Of a stretch of DNA of 64,000 nt, positions 1-10,578 are shown piece after piece. Position numbers and translations under genes: made by a program. The DNA is taken from positions 289,709-353,708 of the forward strand of contig JBAZUP010000001.1 of assembly GCA_041661385.1 (NCBI GenBank), read 5' to 3'. Positions within the stretch are counted from its first letter, which is position 1. Each line of letters starts with the position of its first letter. A model generated the notes under the pieces. That model had not been told where the DNA came from and searched no databases. It worked only from the letters and a program-made list of their open reading frames with translations. The DNA comes from Patescibacteria group bacterium. Its GTDB lineage: Bacteria; Patescibacteriota; Patescibacteriia; Magasanikbacterales; GWA2-37-8.

Positions 1-6
1 CTAATA

Positions 7-333
7 ATGTGGGCTCCGGATGGCAAAATTTGGGATTTGCCGGGCGGACATGTTGATATTCCGGAACAACACCTTGCGGCTTTAAAAAGAGAACTAAAAG
101 AAGAACTGGATTTGGATGAATTTCCGGAACCAAAACCAATTTATGTTTATACAAATTTTAAAGAAGTGACCGGCCGATATGCAATTATTGCCTGTTACCA
201 GATTAAAATGAACGACCCAATAAAAAAATTGAGTAATGAACACTCAGAATTTAAATGGGTGTCCAAAGAAGATTTGTTGAAAATTTCCGAAACTGAAATG
301 TATTTGAAGGAATTGGTAAATCATATTGAATAG
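7..333 (+). CDS. NUDIX hydrolase (ORF open at window start; may be 5' partial)
   Basis: Nudix box GGHVDIPEQHLAALKRELKEELDLD (GX5EX7REUXEEXGU pattern). Confidence 0.6.
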   Translation: MWAPDGKIWDLPGGHVDIPEQHLAALKRELKEELDLDEFPEPKPIYVYTNFKEVTGRYAIIACYQIKMNDPIKKLSNEHSEFKWVSKEDLLKISETEMYLKELVNHIE

Positions 334-336
334 ATT

Positions 337-1065
337 ATGTCCGTTGAAATTAAAAATTTAAGTGTTGCTGTTGCCGGTAAGCCGATTATTGAAAAGATTA
401 GCTTGACCATAAATCGCGGCGAAACACATATTATAATGGGCCCCAACGGCTCCGGCAAATCAACTCTTGCGAACGCCTTGCTGGGCCACCCTAAATATAC
501 TGTAACAAGCGGTAAAATTTTTGTAGATGATATTGATATTACAGCCAAACCACCCGACTATCGCGCAAAGCAGGGTTTGTTTTTGTCCGCTCAGCAAGCG
601 CCGGAAATAAACGGAGTCACTGTGGCACACTTCCTGCGAGTAGCATCATCTAGCCTTTCTGGTAAACCAGAAAATCCTTTTACATTTTACGAGTCATTAA
701 AAAAGACAATGAAAAAATTGAATATCGATCCGTCGTTTGCGACTCGATATCTAAATGCCGGATTTTCGGGTGGAGAAAAAAAACGCGCTGAAATTCTTCA
801 GCTTCTTACTCTAAACCCGACCTATGCTATTCTCGACGAAACTGACGCCGGTCTTGATGTGGATGCTTTAAAAATAGTTGGTAAGGGCCTTGGGAAATTC
901 GCTACCAAAGACAAGGCTTTAATCATCATCACTCATCAATCGCGCCTCTTAAAATATTTGAAACCGGATTTTGTTCATATCATGATAAGGGGTAAAATAG
1001 TAAAATCAGGCGGCAAAGAATTAATTACTGAAATTGAAAAAAGCGGCTATAACAAATACATATGA
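337..1065 (+). CDS. sufC: Fe-S cluster assembly ATPase SufC
   Basis: Walker A GPNGSGKST; ABC signature LSGGEKKR; Walker B ILDETDAGLD; overall SufC-like layout. Confidence 0.9.
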   Translation: MSVEIKNLSVAVAGKPIIEKISLTINRGETHIIMGPNGSGKSTLANALLGHPKYTVTSGKIFVDDIDITAKPPDYRAKQGLFLSAQQAPEINGVTVAHFLRVASSSLSGKPENPFTFYESLKKTMKKLNIDPSFATRYLNAGFSGGEKKRAEILQLLTLNPTYAILDETDAGLDVDALKIVGKGLGKFATKDKALIIITHQSRLLKYLKPDFVHIMIRGKIVKSGGKELITEIEKSGYNKYI

Positions 1066-1355
1066 AAAAACTTTCCAAAGAAAATGTCATTGAAATATTA
1101 AAAACTATTAAAGACCCGGAAATATTTATTGATATTTGGACAATGGGCCTAATTTATGATTTAAATGTAGAAAAAGATAAGGTAAAAATTCTAATGACTT
1201 ATACTACCCCTTTTTGTCCTTGGGGCCCTCAATTAAACCAAGAAATTATTGAAACTCTTAAGGAAAAACTGGGCATAAAAAATGTTGATATCGAACTTAC
1301 TTTTGATCCGCCTTATCAAATGCCAGCCGACCTTCGGGCATCACTTGGAATCTAA
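1062..1355 (+). CDS. DUF59/SufT-like Fe-S assembly protein
   Basis: Small protein with the conserved TTPFCPW motif typical of the MIP18/DUF59 family; 4-nt overlap with sufC. Confidence 0.6.
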   Translation: MKKLSKENVIEILKTIKDPEIFIDIWTMGLIYDLNVEKDKVKILMTYTTPFCPWGPQLNQEIIETLKEKLGIKNVDIELTFDPPYQMPADLRASLGI

Positions 1356-1357
1356 GT

Positions 1358-1636
1358 ATGAAGAAAGTTAATATTAAAGTTTGTTGCGGAAATAAATGCT
1401 CTGAGCGGGGCGCAGTTCGCATTCTAGAAGAACTTCAAGACAAATTTGATGAATCGTCGGTAGAAATTTCTAAATGTCTCGACTACTGCGAACGAGCGCC
1501 AACTGTAATTGCGGACGACAAAATTTATTTTGAATGTCGTACTAAAGATATTGCTGAGCGAATAAAAAAAGACAGCGGTTTACCAATTACGGAAATAAAA
1601 ATTGAAGATTTACATCTTGACGACGACTTAATATAA
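1358..1636 (+). CDS. thioredoxin-like [2Fe-2S] ferredoxin
   Basis: Cysteine pattern CCGNKCSERG...CLDYCERAP, NuoE/Trx-like Fdx type. Confidence 0.5.
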   Translation: MKKVNIKVCCGNKCSERGAVRILEELQDKFDESSVEISKCLDYCERAPTVIADDKIYFECRTKDIAERIKKDSGLPITEIKIEDLHLDDDLI

Positions 1637-1645
1637 ATTTGAAAT

Positions 1646-1924
1646 ATGGCAGATGAATTGAAAACAAAACGCGGTAATTCAGATGAAGCAATAAAAAAAT
1701 CCGGTCAAATTCGCCGGATTGTGGTTGACCGAGTAAAATGTATTGGCGCAGATTCTTGTGTCGCTGTTGCGCCCGGAGTTTTTCAATTAGACGAGGAAAA
1801 CCTGGCTTACATCGTGGATCCGAATTCATCTGACGATGATACCATTCTAATGGCCGCTCAATCCTGCCCGGTACTCGCAATTTTGCTTTACGATGAAAAC
1901 AATAATATTATCTTCCCGGAATAA
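1646..1924 (+). CDS. small [4Fe-4S]/[3Fe-4S] ferredoxin
   Basis: CIGADSC...SCPV motif (CxxDxxC...CP). Confidence 0.55.
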   Translation: MADELKTKRGNSDEAIKKSGQIRRIVVDRVKCIGADSCVAVAPGVFQLDEENLAYIVDPNSSDDDTILMAAQSCPVLAILLYDENNNIIFPE

Positions 1925-4448
1925 CCTGCTTCTTTTTTCCAACGGCGATAATATTGAAATAGGCCATTGTTAAACATGCGGCAGTTATCGTACTTAGATA
2001 CAAACCAGAGGTAAGAGGAACAAAATGGAATAAAGTTCGAAGTGCGGGCGCTAGCAAAATAACATGAAGAGTAAGCGCCGTAAAGATCACGAGCCAAAGT
2101 AGCACGTGATTATTTTTTATCTGACTAATATCACGACTCATCATAATAACGATTAATTGACCGATAACTAGCGCAGTAAATGACATTGTTCGACCAAGGG
2201 CGATATTACCAATCCATAAACCATAGCCATAAAACGCCAGTGTTAAACCAAGAATACCGGCACTCTGCCAACCAATTTGCCACCAATGTTGGGGACTAAT
2301 AAGCGGCTCCGAAAGCGGTCGGGGCTTTTCAGTCATTCCAATTTTTGAAATCGGATCGCGCTCAAGACCGATGACGGTAGATGGATCACTAAAAAGCTCT
2401 AAAAAAATAATATGAATCGGCAAAAAATATAATTCTTGACCAAATAGAATTGGAATAATCGCAAGCCCGACGATTGGGATATGAAATGAAACTAAAAAAA
2501 TGAAAGCTTTACGTAAATTCGCGTAAATTCGCCTACCCTCTTCGACGGCTTTTACAATCGTTACAAAATTATCATCAAGTAAGATAATCCCGGCGGCCGC
2601 TCTCGCCACGTCCGTTCCTTTTTTACCCATTGCTATGCCAATTGTCGCCTTTTTTAAAGCCGGCGCATCATTTACACCATCTCCGGTCATCGCGACAATT
2701 TCTTCGTTTGCTTGCAGAGCCTCAATAATTGCATATTTTTGTTCGGGCCGAATTCGAGCAAAAATATTTACCTCCCTTACTAAATCTCTAAGCTGTCCGG
2801 GTTTTAAAGCATCTAAATCTTTCCCTTCCAAAACTTTTCCTAAATTTTTAAGCCCCACTCTTTTGCTAATAGCTAAAGCTGTTAAAGCGTGATCACCAGT
2901 TATCATGATTACCCTAATTCCGGCCTTATCACAAACTTCTATTGCCTCCTTTACACCATAGCGAGGCGGATCACTCATAATAATGAGGCCAAAAAATTGA
3001 AGATTATTTGTTTTAAAATCTGTACAGTCGATGATTTCAGTTTTTGCTATCGCGACGACCCGATTACCTTCTTCTGCCATTTTTTCATAAGCCGAAATCA
3101 CTTGTGATTTTGCCAAATCATTTTCGAAGCGACAACTATTAATAACGTTTTCCGGAGCGCCGGCGGTATATTGAAAGCAAGTATTTTCTACCTCCCAAAT
3201 ATGATTTACCATTTTCGTATCAGCATTAAAGGAACTATCTTTTTTAAGGGTATATTTTGAAAAAAAATCATCAGAAATTATTTGTTTGACCTTAGCAAAT
3301 CTTTGCATTTCAATTTCCATCGGATCAATTGCCACCCGCTCCATAGCGAGAACTGATGTCTTGATTAGCGGCGCAATTATTGATAAATCTTTTAATTTAT
3401 TTATTTCGTGAATTTTTCCCTCAAAAAAGACTTTATCGAGTGACATTTTTCCTTCCGTAAGAGTACCGGTTTTGTCCGTGCAAATTACCGTTGCCGATCC
3501 TAATGTTTCAACCATTACCATTTTACGAACTAGCGCCTGACGATTCGACAAACGCCAGACACCCATAATTAAAAAAACACTAAAGACAATCGGAAACTCT
3601 TCGGGAATTATTGCCATCGCAATTGTCAAAGTACCAAGAATACCTTTTAACAAGCCATGACTTTGGCCAATAACAAAACCAATAAACAATGCAGTAATAA
3701 TCGCCGCTGTAGCCAATTGCCTTACTAATTTACTAACCTTTAATTGAAGTGGGGTTGGTTGTTCGTCAATTTTTTCAATCAAATTACCCAACTTGCCGTA
3801 TTGGGTTTCGCCGCCGGTCGCGAGAGCGACCATTTCACCTTCCCCCTGAATAACCATTGTACCTTGGCTCAGTTTAAATTTATCCGACATTTCCGCTTTA
3901 AATTGATTTTTAACTACCGGCGCCGATTCACCAGTTAATATCGATTCGTCTACTAAAAAGCCAGCAGAATTAACAACCACTCCGTCGGCTGGCACCTTGT
4001 CACCTGCGGAAAGATAAATAAGATCACCAGGAACTAAATCACCGATTGAAATTTTAACGAGCATCGCATCTCGATACACTCGGCATTCTTCCACTAATAA
4101 ATTATCAAGAATTTGAATCGCTTTGTCCGTTCGACGTTCTTGAAAATATTGTATTAAAGCAATTGGAATAATAGAAAAACCAAAAATCGCGGTTTCAAGA
4201 TGTGAGCCGATAAAATAATAAATAATTGTCGTTATAAACAAAAAAACCAACATGGGCTCGGAAACTATTCCCCACAAGGTTTGAAACCATGTTTTTCGGC
4301 GCCGACCGGGCCGAAAATTTCCGCCATATTGATTTGTTCTTACCTCAGCATCAAGCGTTGACAACCCCCGGTAAGACGCGGACATCATTGCATTATTGAA
4401 TGTAAGTGCCATAGCCCCCTTATTATAGCATTTTATTGTTGTTTCCAA
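1908..4448 (-). CDS. cation-transporting P-type ATPase (type II, Ca2+/Mg2+-like)
   Basis: DKTGTLT phosphorylation motif, TGES, MTGDGVNDAPALKKA hinge, 8-10 TM segments. Confidence 0.85.
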   Translation of the reverse strand: METTIKCYNKGAMALTFNNAMMSASYRGLSTLDAEVRTNQYGGNFRPGRRRKTWFQTLWGIVSEPMLVFLFITTIIYYFIGSHLETAIFGFSIIPIALIQYFQERRTDKAIQILDNLLVEECRVYRDAMLVKISIGDLVPGDLIYLSAGDKVPADGVVVNSAGFLVDESILTGESAPVVKNQFKAEMSDKFKLSQGTMVIQGEGEMVALATGGETQYGKLGNLIEKIDEQPTPLQLKVSKLVRQLATAAIITALFIGFVIGQSHGLLKGILGTLTIAMAIIPEEFPIVFSVFLIMGVWRLSNRQALVRKMVMVETLGSATVICTDKTGTLTEGKMSLDKVFFEGKIHEINKLKDLSIIAPLIKTSVLAMERVAIDPMEIEMQRFAKVKQIISDDFFSKYTLKKDSSFNADTKMVNHIWEVENTCFQYTAGAPENVINSCRFENDLAKSQVISAYEKMAEEGNRVVAIAKTEIIDCTDFKTNNLQFFGLIIMSDPPRYGVKEAIEVCDKAGIRVIMITGDHALTALAISKRVGLKNLGKVLEGKDLDALKPGQLRDLVREVNIFARIRPEQKYAIIEALQANEEIVAMTGDGVNDAPALKKATIGIAMGKKGTDVARAAAGIILLDDNFVTIVKAVEEGRRIYANLRKAFIFLVSFHIPIVGLAIIPILFGQELYFLPIHIIFLELFSDPSTVIGLERDPISKIGMTEKPRPLSEPLISPQHWWQIGWQSAGILGLTLAFYGYGLWIGNIALGRTMSFTALVIGQLIVIMMSRDISQIKNNHVLLWLVIFTALTLHVILLAPALRTLFHFVPLTSGLYLSTITAACLTMAYFNIIAVGKKKQVIPGR

Positions 4449-6718
4449 AACCTACCTTCTTCAAACATCTGTCTTTTCCATTCATAATAATGAAGAAAGT
4501 CGCAAAGTGACAGCTCCGTTTGATTTTGATCAGTATTTTTATCTTCACATTTTATTTCTGAAGGAACATCATAGGAAACTTTACGCTTTCCATTTTTATC
4601 AACTTGGTTAATATACAAACCAAGCTCATGCATACCAAGCAAATTCGGATACATGGACCTGTCATCAAAGATTGAATGGCCGTCGAAAGAGTTTCGAGTA
4701 TTAATATTTAAAATTTGTAAAACTGTCGGCGCTAAATCAATTCCTGATGAATAAATATCAATTTTTTTAGGCAAAACTGTATCCGGAATATAAATACCAA
4801 AAAAATTTTCGTCATAATAAGTAAGAGTTTTTGCTTCTTTAGGAAATAGATCTTTGGTTAACGCACCAGGAAATATGGCATGATCAGCAACCGCGATGAC
4901 AATTGTGTTTTTATACAAATCGCTTTTTTCAAATTCATTCCAAAATATTTTGAACGCATCATCGGTCGTATGAAACATGTTTAAAACCGGCTGCGATCCG
5001 TCACCATAATTTACCGGATCTTTTGCAAGATCAAATGGCGGATGAGTATCAACCGTAGCAAGCATCATGAGAAATGGCTGGGGCGCAGTTTTCATAAAAC
5101 TTAAAACGATCGGAAACATCTGATGATCACTATATCCCCATGAAAGCGGCTTATCTTTTATATATTCTGCGAGCTCAGATGTACCAAATACTTTATCTAC
5201 CCCCATACTAGTAAATATTCCATTTTTATTGGCAAAATTTTTATCTACCGCCGTCACATATGCGGTATACTTATACGCTCCATCTTTTTTTAAAATTTCA
5301 GGCAAACATAGCAAGCGATGGCTCTGCAGCTTTCTTTCGTTTTGAATTTCATTGTGTCCGGTTGGCGGTAAAAACGAGCAAAGCTGAGACAGAGTCCCGG
5401 TAATGGTCGGTGTTGATGCATTATAGTACTTATGAAATATTGTAGTGTTTTTATCGGCCGCAAACTGGTCTAAACCCGGAGTTAGGTCCGGAAATTTTGT
5501 ACCGTACGGTCCGGTAAGCCTGCTACTAAACGATTCAAGCTCAATAATTAAAATATTTGGCGGAGTTTTTCTAAATCGATCCGGTAATAATTTAGTTGTC
5601 GTTGGTGAAAAAATTTCACTTCGTGAATTTACAAAAAATTGATTCGGCTCATAAATAAGCCCGAATTTTGCCAACTTTTTTTGAAGCGGTAAATCTAGCT
5701 CACGAACTACATTTGTACCTAAATAATAACGATAAAAAGATGTCGCGATAGCGTGCTCGGGAGTATTTTTAAATGAAGTAAGCCCAAGTAAAATCGCAAG
5801 CGCTGTGATGCCAATTGTAAAATTATAAAAATTAGAATATCTAGCACCAAATTTTTTAACATCCCGCAAATTCTTACGAACTAATATTAAAAATATTACA
5901 TAAACCAGCAAAGCAAAGCCCACTAAATAAAATGTTAAGGAGTTTATCAATACACCACCCGCCCCCGAAGCGTGCTCCATGGCAATAGGACTAAAATAAA
6001 GACCCGAATAATAAAGTATTCCTAAATTTATTGTCCAAATTAACAATGAAAAAGAAAACAGCACTATCCACAAAACTAACAAAAAATACCGAAAAATATT
6101 TCGCAATTTGAAATAAAAATAATTGGCCAGCGCAAAGCCCAAAAGCCAAAACGAGCTCATCGCAAAAGAACGGAATAAGACAATATTAAAATATTTAATA
6201 TTTCCGTCTAAAATATAATAATGATAAGAAACATATTGCAGTATCGATTCTAAACAAAAAAAGAAATAAATCAAATAAAAAAATGACCGATTTAACGCTA
6301 GCCATGGCTTAGAGCCAAGGTGAACTGCAATCATCTTTTGTAAACGCCAAAAAAGTAGGGGCAAAAGAAGCAAACAATAAACTAAACTTAACCATTCCGT
6401 TTCAATAAAAAAAATAAAAAATAAAAATGATGAATAAAAAAATAATTCATTAAAATTATAATAAAAATGTTCTCGCCAAAAAAAATGACGACCGGTAATT
6501 TTGACGAAATACCAATATAATAATTTAGCAGCAAAGAAAGCCGCCGCGACAAAAAAACTAAGTAAAACTATTTTACCAAAATAAACGATTCCCGGCTCAC
6601 GATGAAAATGATACCACCCCCAACCAATAGCAATAATAAAAGACCCGGCAAGCACATATAAGCTGCCGGGATACCAACGGTTTTTGCCGCCGTGGCTTTT
6701 AAACAATAAATCAAACAT
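4433..6718 (-). CDS. LtaS-like membrane sulfatase / phosphoglycerol transferase family
   Basis: Polytopic N-terminus plus C-terminal sulfatase domain (IIELESFSS..TGP..T); 16-nt overlap with the ATPase gene. Confidence 0.7.
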   Translation of the reverse strand: MFDLLFKSHGGKNRWYPGSLYVLAGSFIIAIGWGWYHFHREPGIVYFGKIVLLSFFVAAAFFAAKLLYWYFVKITGRHFFWREHFYYNFNELFFYSSFLFFIFFIETEWLSLVYCLLLLPLLFWRLQKMIAVHLGSKPWLALNRSFFYLIYFFFCLESILQYVSYHYYILDGNIKYFNIVLFRSFAMSSFWLLGFALANYFYFKLRNIFRYFLLVLWIVLFSFSLLIWTINLGILYYSGLYFSPIAMEHASGAGGVLINSLTFYLVGFALLVYVIFLILVRKNLRDVKKFGARYSNFYNFTIGITALAILLGLTSFKNTPEHAIATSFYRYYLGTNVVRELDLPLQKKLAKFGLIYEPNQFFVNSRSEIFSPTTTKLLPDRFRKTPPNILIIELESFSSRLTGPYGTKFPDLTPGLDQFAADKNTTIFHKYYNASTPTITGTLSQLCSFLPPTGHNEIQNERKLQSHRLLCLPEILKKDGAYKYTAYVTAVDKNFANKNGIFTSMGVDKVFGTSELAEYIKDKPLSWGYSDHQMFPIVLSFMKTAPQPFLMMLATVDTHPPFDLAKDPVNYGDGSQPVLNMFHTTDDAFKIFWNEFEKSDLYKNTIVIAVADHAIFPGALTKDLFPKEAKTLTYYDENFFGIYIPDTVLPKKIDIYSSGIDLAPTVLQILNINTRNSFDGHSIFDDRSMYPNLLGMHELGLYINQVDKNGKRKVSYDVPSEIKCEDKNTDQNQTELSLCDFLHYYEWKRQMFEEGRFWKQQ

Positions 6719-6733
6719 AATTTCCGCTTACCT

Positions 6734-7099
6734 TCATTCCCCTGCTTTCTCGTCGTATTCTTTATTACCTCTGGCAACATTTTTATTTTTTTTCACATTA
6801 CCTCGCAGACGTTGCTTGTATTTCTTCAGTTCCGCCTCCAATTCATCTCTAAGTAAATCGATCGCCGAATAAATATCCTTTGCAGTTTGTTTAGCAAACA
6901 AATCTTTACCCGGAACCTGCATTTTACATTCCGCAAAAAATATTTCACCTTTTACACGATGATGCGTTTCTAAACCTAGCGTTACTTTAGTATCCAATAT
7001 TCTATCGAAAAATTTTTCAAGACTAGCAAATTTCTTTTCAACATACTTTTGCATAGCCTCAGTCATTTCAAGCTGACTACCACTCATCGTAATTTTCAT
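6734..7099 (-). CDS. hpf: ribosome hibernation promoting factor (RaiA/HPF)
   Basis: MKITMSGSQLEMTEAMQKYVEKKF... aligns with HPF N-terminus; ORF track extends to 7159, which would overlap the murB stop by 4 nt. Confidence 0.8.
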   Translation of the reverse strand: MKITMSGSQLEMTEAMQKYVEKKFASLEKFFDRILDTKVTLGLETHHRVKGEIFFAECKMQVPGKDLFAKQTAKDIYSAIDLLRDELEAELKKYKQRLRGNVKKNKNVARGNKEYDEKAGE

Positions 7100-7155
7100 A
7101 TGATTGGACGAAATCATGCCGCGCAACGTCGTTTGAAACGCGACTCTTAAATAAA

Positions 7156-8124
7156 TCAACTAATAATTTGAACCTCTTCTTCTAAATTAACTCCAAATTT
7201 ATTATACACCCTAGTTTTAACCTCATCAACTAATTTTAAGACATCTTCTGATGAAGCTTTGTCAATATTTATCATAAAATTACCGTGCTGTTCAGAAACC
7301 ATTGCTCCACCAATCTTTAGCCCCTTTAAACCGGCCTGTTCGTTAATCCAACCAGCGGGTACTTTTCCAGATGATACAAATTCAGGTGGTAATTGTCCGG
7401 CAGTTTTTGGCCAATCTTTAACCAAAACATTTTTAAAAAAACTCCCAGCCGAAGGATAAGGCGGATAATAACCAGCCCGACGATTTAATATCTCCTGCAT
7501 TTTTAATAGGCTTTTTTTACTTTCACCTTCAACCAATTTAAACCAACCTTTTAAAACTATTCCCCCATTATGCTTAAAAATACTATCACGGTATCCAAAT
7601 CCGCATTCCGCTGGATTAAGTTCTACCAGCTCTCCATCAATCCAAGCTTCAATTTTAGAAAGAACCTTGCCGGTTTCACCACCGGCCGCACCGGCATTTC
7701 CGCGAATCGCTCCTCCAACTGTTCCAGGCAGACCCGCCGACCATTCGAGGCCAGAAAAATTGTTTTGAAGAGCGAACAATGACAAAACCCCAAAACTAAC
7801 TCCGCTTTCTGCTTCAATTATTTCATTTTTATTTTTAAGAACCGAGGTAGAATTTTTTATCACCACCCCTTCAAAACCGTTATCGGAAATTAAAACATTC
7901 GAACCGCCTCCCAAAATAAAGTAAGATATACCCTCACCGGTCAAAAAACCCAATAATTCAATTAATTTTTCTCTTTCTTTAACTTCAATAAAAAGGCTAG
8001 CCGGTCCGCCAACCTTAAAAGTAGTAAACTTGGCCAAACTAACGTTCGCTTTAACATTTCCAAATTGTTTCAAATATTTATAAATAGCTGGATCCATATC
8101 TTGGGGTTTGTTTTGGCTAAACAT
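7156..8124 (-). CDS. murB: UDP-N-acetylenolpyruvoylglucosamine reductase MurB
   Basis: FAD-binding FTTFKVGGPA...ILGGGSNVL; MurB C-terminal domain. Confidence 0.85.
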   Translation of the reverse strand: MFSQNKPQDMDPAIYKYLKQFGNVKANVSLAKFTTFKVGGPASLFIEVKEREKLIELLGFLTGEGISYFILGGGSNVLISDNGFEGVVIKNSTSVLKNKNEIIEAESGVSFGVLSLFALQNNFSGLEWSAGLPGTVGGAIRGNAGAAGGETGKVLSKIEAWIDGELVELNPAECGFGYRDSIFKHNGGIVLKGWFKLVEGESKKSLLKMQEILNRRAGYYPPYPSAGSFFKNVLVKDWPKTAGQLPPEFVSSGKVPAGWINEQAGLKGLKIGGAMVSEQHGNFMINIDKASSEDVLKLVDEVKTRVYNKFGVNLEEEVQIIS

Positions 8125-8160
8125 TGCAAAAATTAGCCGTTTTCAGTATAATACAAATGT

Positions 8161-9378
8161 ATGAAAAATATTTCTTCCACATTAGCTGACCGACCAGTTG
8201 CCTATATTACCAGAGACCTAGAGAGAGCGCTACCCCTCATCACAAAAAAAGGTCACTTCATTATAACAAACTCTTCTCCTTTTGCGAAGAAAATTGCCCA
8301 AAAATATAAGGGTATTTTTTTGGTTTCTGACTCAAAAGTACTTGATACCCACGAAATTCTTTCCCGTCCCGATGTAATAAAGTTTATTAATTCAAAAAAA
8401 CTTTTTGGACTATTGGTATTTAAAAACACCTCCGCAATTGAAAAAATATGTTCCAACCGCGGTTGGAACCTGCTCAATCCCTCCGCAGTTCTTTCGTCGA
8501 AAATTGAAGAAAAAATTTCCCAAGTTGAATGGTTAAAAAAACTTGCTCATCTTCTTCCCCCTCATCAAATCGTTAACGGCTCAAAAATCGTATTTAAAAG
8601 CCGCCCTTATATTGCCCAATTTAACCGCGCTCATACCGGTCGCGGTACTTTTCTTATTGATTCACCAAAAGCAGCGGCCGAAATTACCAACAAATATCCA
8701 AATCGTCCGGTTCGAATAACAAAATATATTGAAGGTCCAGTATTTACCGCGAACATTGTAGTATCTAAAAATAAAATTCTTATCGGCTCAATTTCTTACC
8801 AAATTACCGGCCTAGCGCCTTTTACTTCAAACCCTTTTGCTACAGTTGGAAATGATTGGTTTTTACCAAGCAAGATATTATTGGAACAAAACATCAAAGA
8901 TTTTAATTATATTGCCGAGGCAGTCGGAAAAAAACTGGCAGAGGAAAATTGGCGAGGCCTGTTTGGCATTGATGTAATACTTGATAAAACGATAAATAAA
9001 TTTTATCTACTTGAAATAAATGCTAGGCAACCTGCATCAACCACATTTGAAAGCGAACTTCAGGCCAATAATAAATCCCGAACGACCTTTGATGTACATT
9101 TATCCGCCTTGTTCGATTTTGATCAAAATGAACCAGCCGGGAAAATTAAAGATGGCGCTCAAATTATTCTCCGGGTGTCTGAAAATCTGACAACAAAAAA
9201 CCTTGAAAAAATTACTTCAGCTCTGGGCAAAGCCGGGTTTACTACCATTCTTTATCCGAATAAGCTGCCAGGCAGCGATCTATTGCGAATAATGAGTAAA
9301 AAGGGTATAATGTCCGCCCATAACGAGCTAAATATGCGCGGTCTAAAGATTAAAGAAATTATCGAAAAATATGGATGA
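8161..9378 (+). CDS. ATP-grasp domain protein (divergent; Ddl-like role possible)
   Basis: C-terminal ATP-grasp core FGIDVILDK..FYLLEINARQP; sits between murB and mraY. Confidence 0.5.
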   Translation: MKNISSTLADRPVAYITRDLERALPLITKKGHFIITNSSPFAKKIAQKYKGIFLVSDSKVLDTHEILSRPDVIKFINSKKLFGLLVFKNTSAIEKICSNRGWNLLNPSAVLSSKIEEKISQVEWLKKLAHLLPPHQIVNGSKIVFKSRPYIAQFNRAHTGRGTFLIDSPKAAAEITNKYPNRPVRITKYIEGPVFTANIVVSKNKILIGSISYQITGLAPFTSNPFATVGNDWFLPSKILLEQNIKDFNYIAEAVGKKLAEENWRGLFGIDVILDKTINKFYLLEINARQPASTTFESELQANNKSRTTFDVHLSALFDFDQNEPAGKIKDGAQIILRVSENLTTKNLEKITSALGKAGFTTILYPNKLPGSDLLRIMSKKGIMSAHNELNMRGLKIKEIIEKYG

Positions 9379-9790
9379 TAACCGGCCAAAAGTTGGAGTG
9401 GGAATCATGGTTTTAAAAAATGGAAAAGTATTATTTGGACAAAGAAAGAACGCGCACGGCGACGGTGAGTTTTCGTTTCCTGGAGGTCACCTCGAACATG
9501 GTGAATCTATAATTGATTGCGCGAAACGCGAAACAAAAGAAGAAACCGGAATTGAAATAGAAAATGTGCGATTACTTTGCGTGAGTAATGAAAAAAAATA
9601 TTTACCAAAACATTATTTAAATATTGGTTTAATAGCAGATTGGAAAAGTAACGAGCCAAAAATAACCGAACCGGATAAATATATCAAAGTGGGCTGGTAT
9701 GATTTAGAAAATTTACCTAAACCCAGATTTGAAGTAGTAGATAATTACCTTGAAGCTTATAAAACCGGAAAAAAATTATTTGATTACTAA
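9371..9790 (+). CDS. NUDIX hydrolase
   Basis: GGHLEHGESIIDCAKRETKEETGIE Nudix box. Confidence 0.75.
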   Translation: MDDNRPKVGVGIMVLKNGKVLFGQRKNAHGDGEFSFPGGHLEHGESIIDCAKRETKEETGIEIENVRLLCVSNEKKYLPKHYLNIGLIADWKSNEPKITEPDKYIKVGWYDLENLPKPRFEVVDNYLEAYKTGKKLFDY

Positions 9791-9791
9791 C

Positions 9792-10577
9792 ATGCTCTCC
9801 CCTGTTGCTGAAAATTTAATTGAAAAATATTTTAACCTTCCGTTTCCGGGCGTAACAGGCGTACGCTGTCCGTACTATATCAACCGCCGCGGCGCTCGCA
9901 CCCAGCTTCGAGTTCTGGTTGGAAAAGGTTTACCCGATGAAATTGTGGAAGAAAGTAAAATAATTTCCATTCAATACGAACTTGGATTATTTGATAAAAA
10001 CGGCCGTTGCGACGAGCGCGGGGCAGAACTCATTCGAAAATTTCTTGTTGATCAAAATATTGGCATCGAGTGTTCAGGTTTTGTAAGCCATATATTAAGA
10101 GCGCACTATTTGGAAACAAAAAAATTTGATATTACAAAAAAACTTAATATCTGTCCCAGCGGAAAATTTATTCGTAAATTGATTTGCAAATTACGGCCCA
10201 TCGAAAACATGAATGTAAGCATCTTTGCTGACAACAGCAATAGTTCAATTATCAACACTGAACAATCCGGCTATGACCAGGTTCAAGCCGGCGATTACAT
10301 CATAATCATGGAAACCGGACCGCTTCAAAAGCGAAATCATATTATTTTGATTCGCGGAGTTGAAAATAAGATAATTAATTACGTTCATGCGAGAGCTTGG
10401 TCGAGCGAAGGTAAATATGGTCATGGCGTTACCGAAGGAAAAATTAGAATTATTAATAACAATAAAAACCTGCTAGAACAAGAATGGATAGAAAATGAAA
10501 AAATAAATGATCAAAACGAAACATACCTCGAAGCAAAACAAGCAAAAATATTAGAATTAAGAAGATTGAAATTTTAA
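9792..10577 (+). CDS. hypothetical protein
   Basis: ORF; likely start MLSPV at 9792 just after the NUDIX stop; coiled-coil C-terminus. Confidence 0.4.
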   Translation: MLSPVAENLIEKYFNLPFPGVTGVRCPYYINRRGARTQLRVLVGKGLPDEIVEESKIISIQYELGLFDKNGRCDERGAELIRKFLVDQNIGIECSGFVSHILRAHYLETKKFDITKKLNICPSGKFIRKLICKLRPIENMNVSIFADNSNSSIINTEQSGYDQVQAGDYIIIMETGPLQKRNHIILIRGVENKIINYVHARAWSSEGKYGHGVTEGKIRIINNNKNLLEQEWIENEKINDQNETYLEAKQAKILELRRLKF

Positions 10578-10578
10578 T

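Noticed and set aside
6734-7159. HPF start at 7159 (ORF-track start)
   Set aside because: HPF orthologs begin at MKITMSG (7099). The extra 20 codons are probably untranslated, although the ATGA overlap with the murB stop leaves this open.
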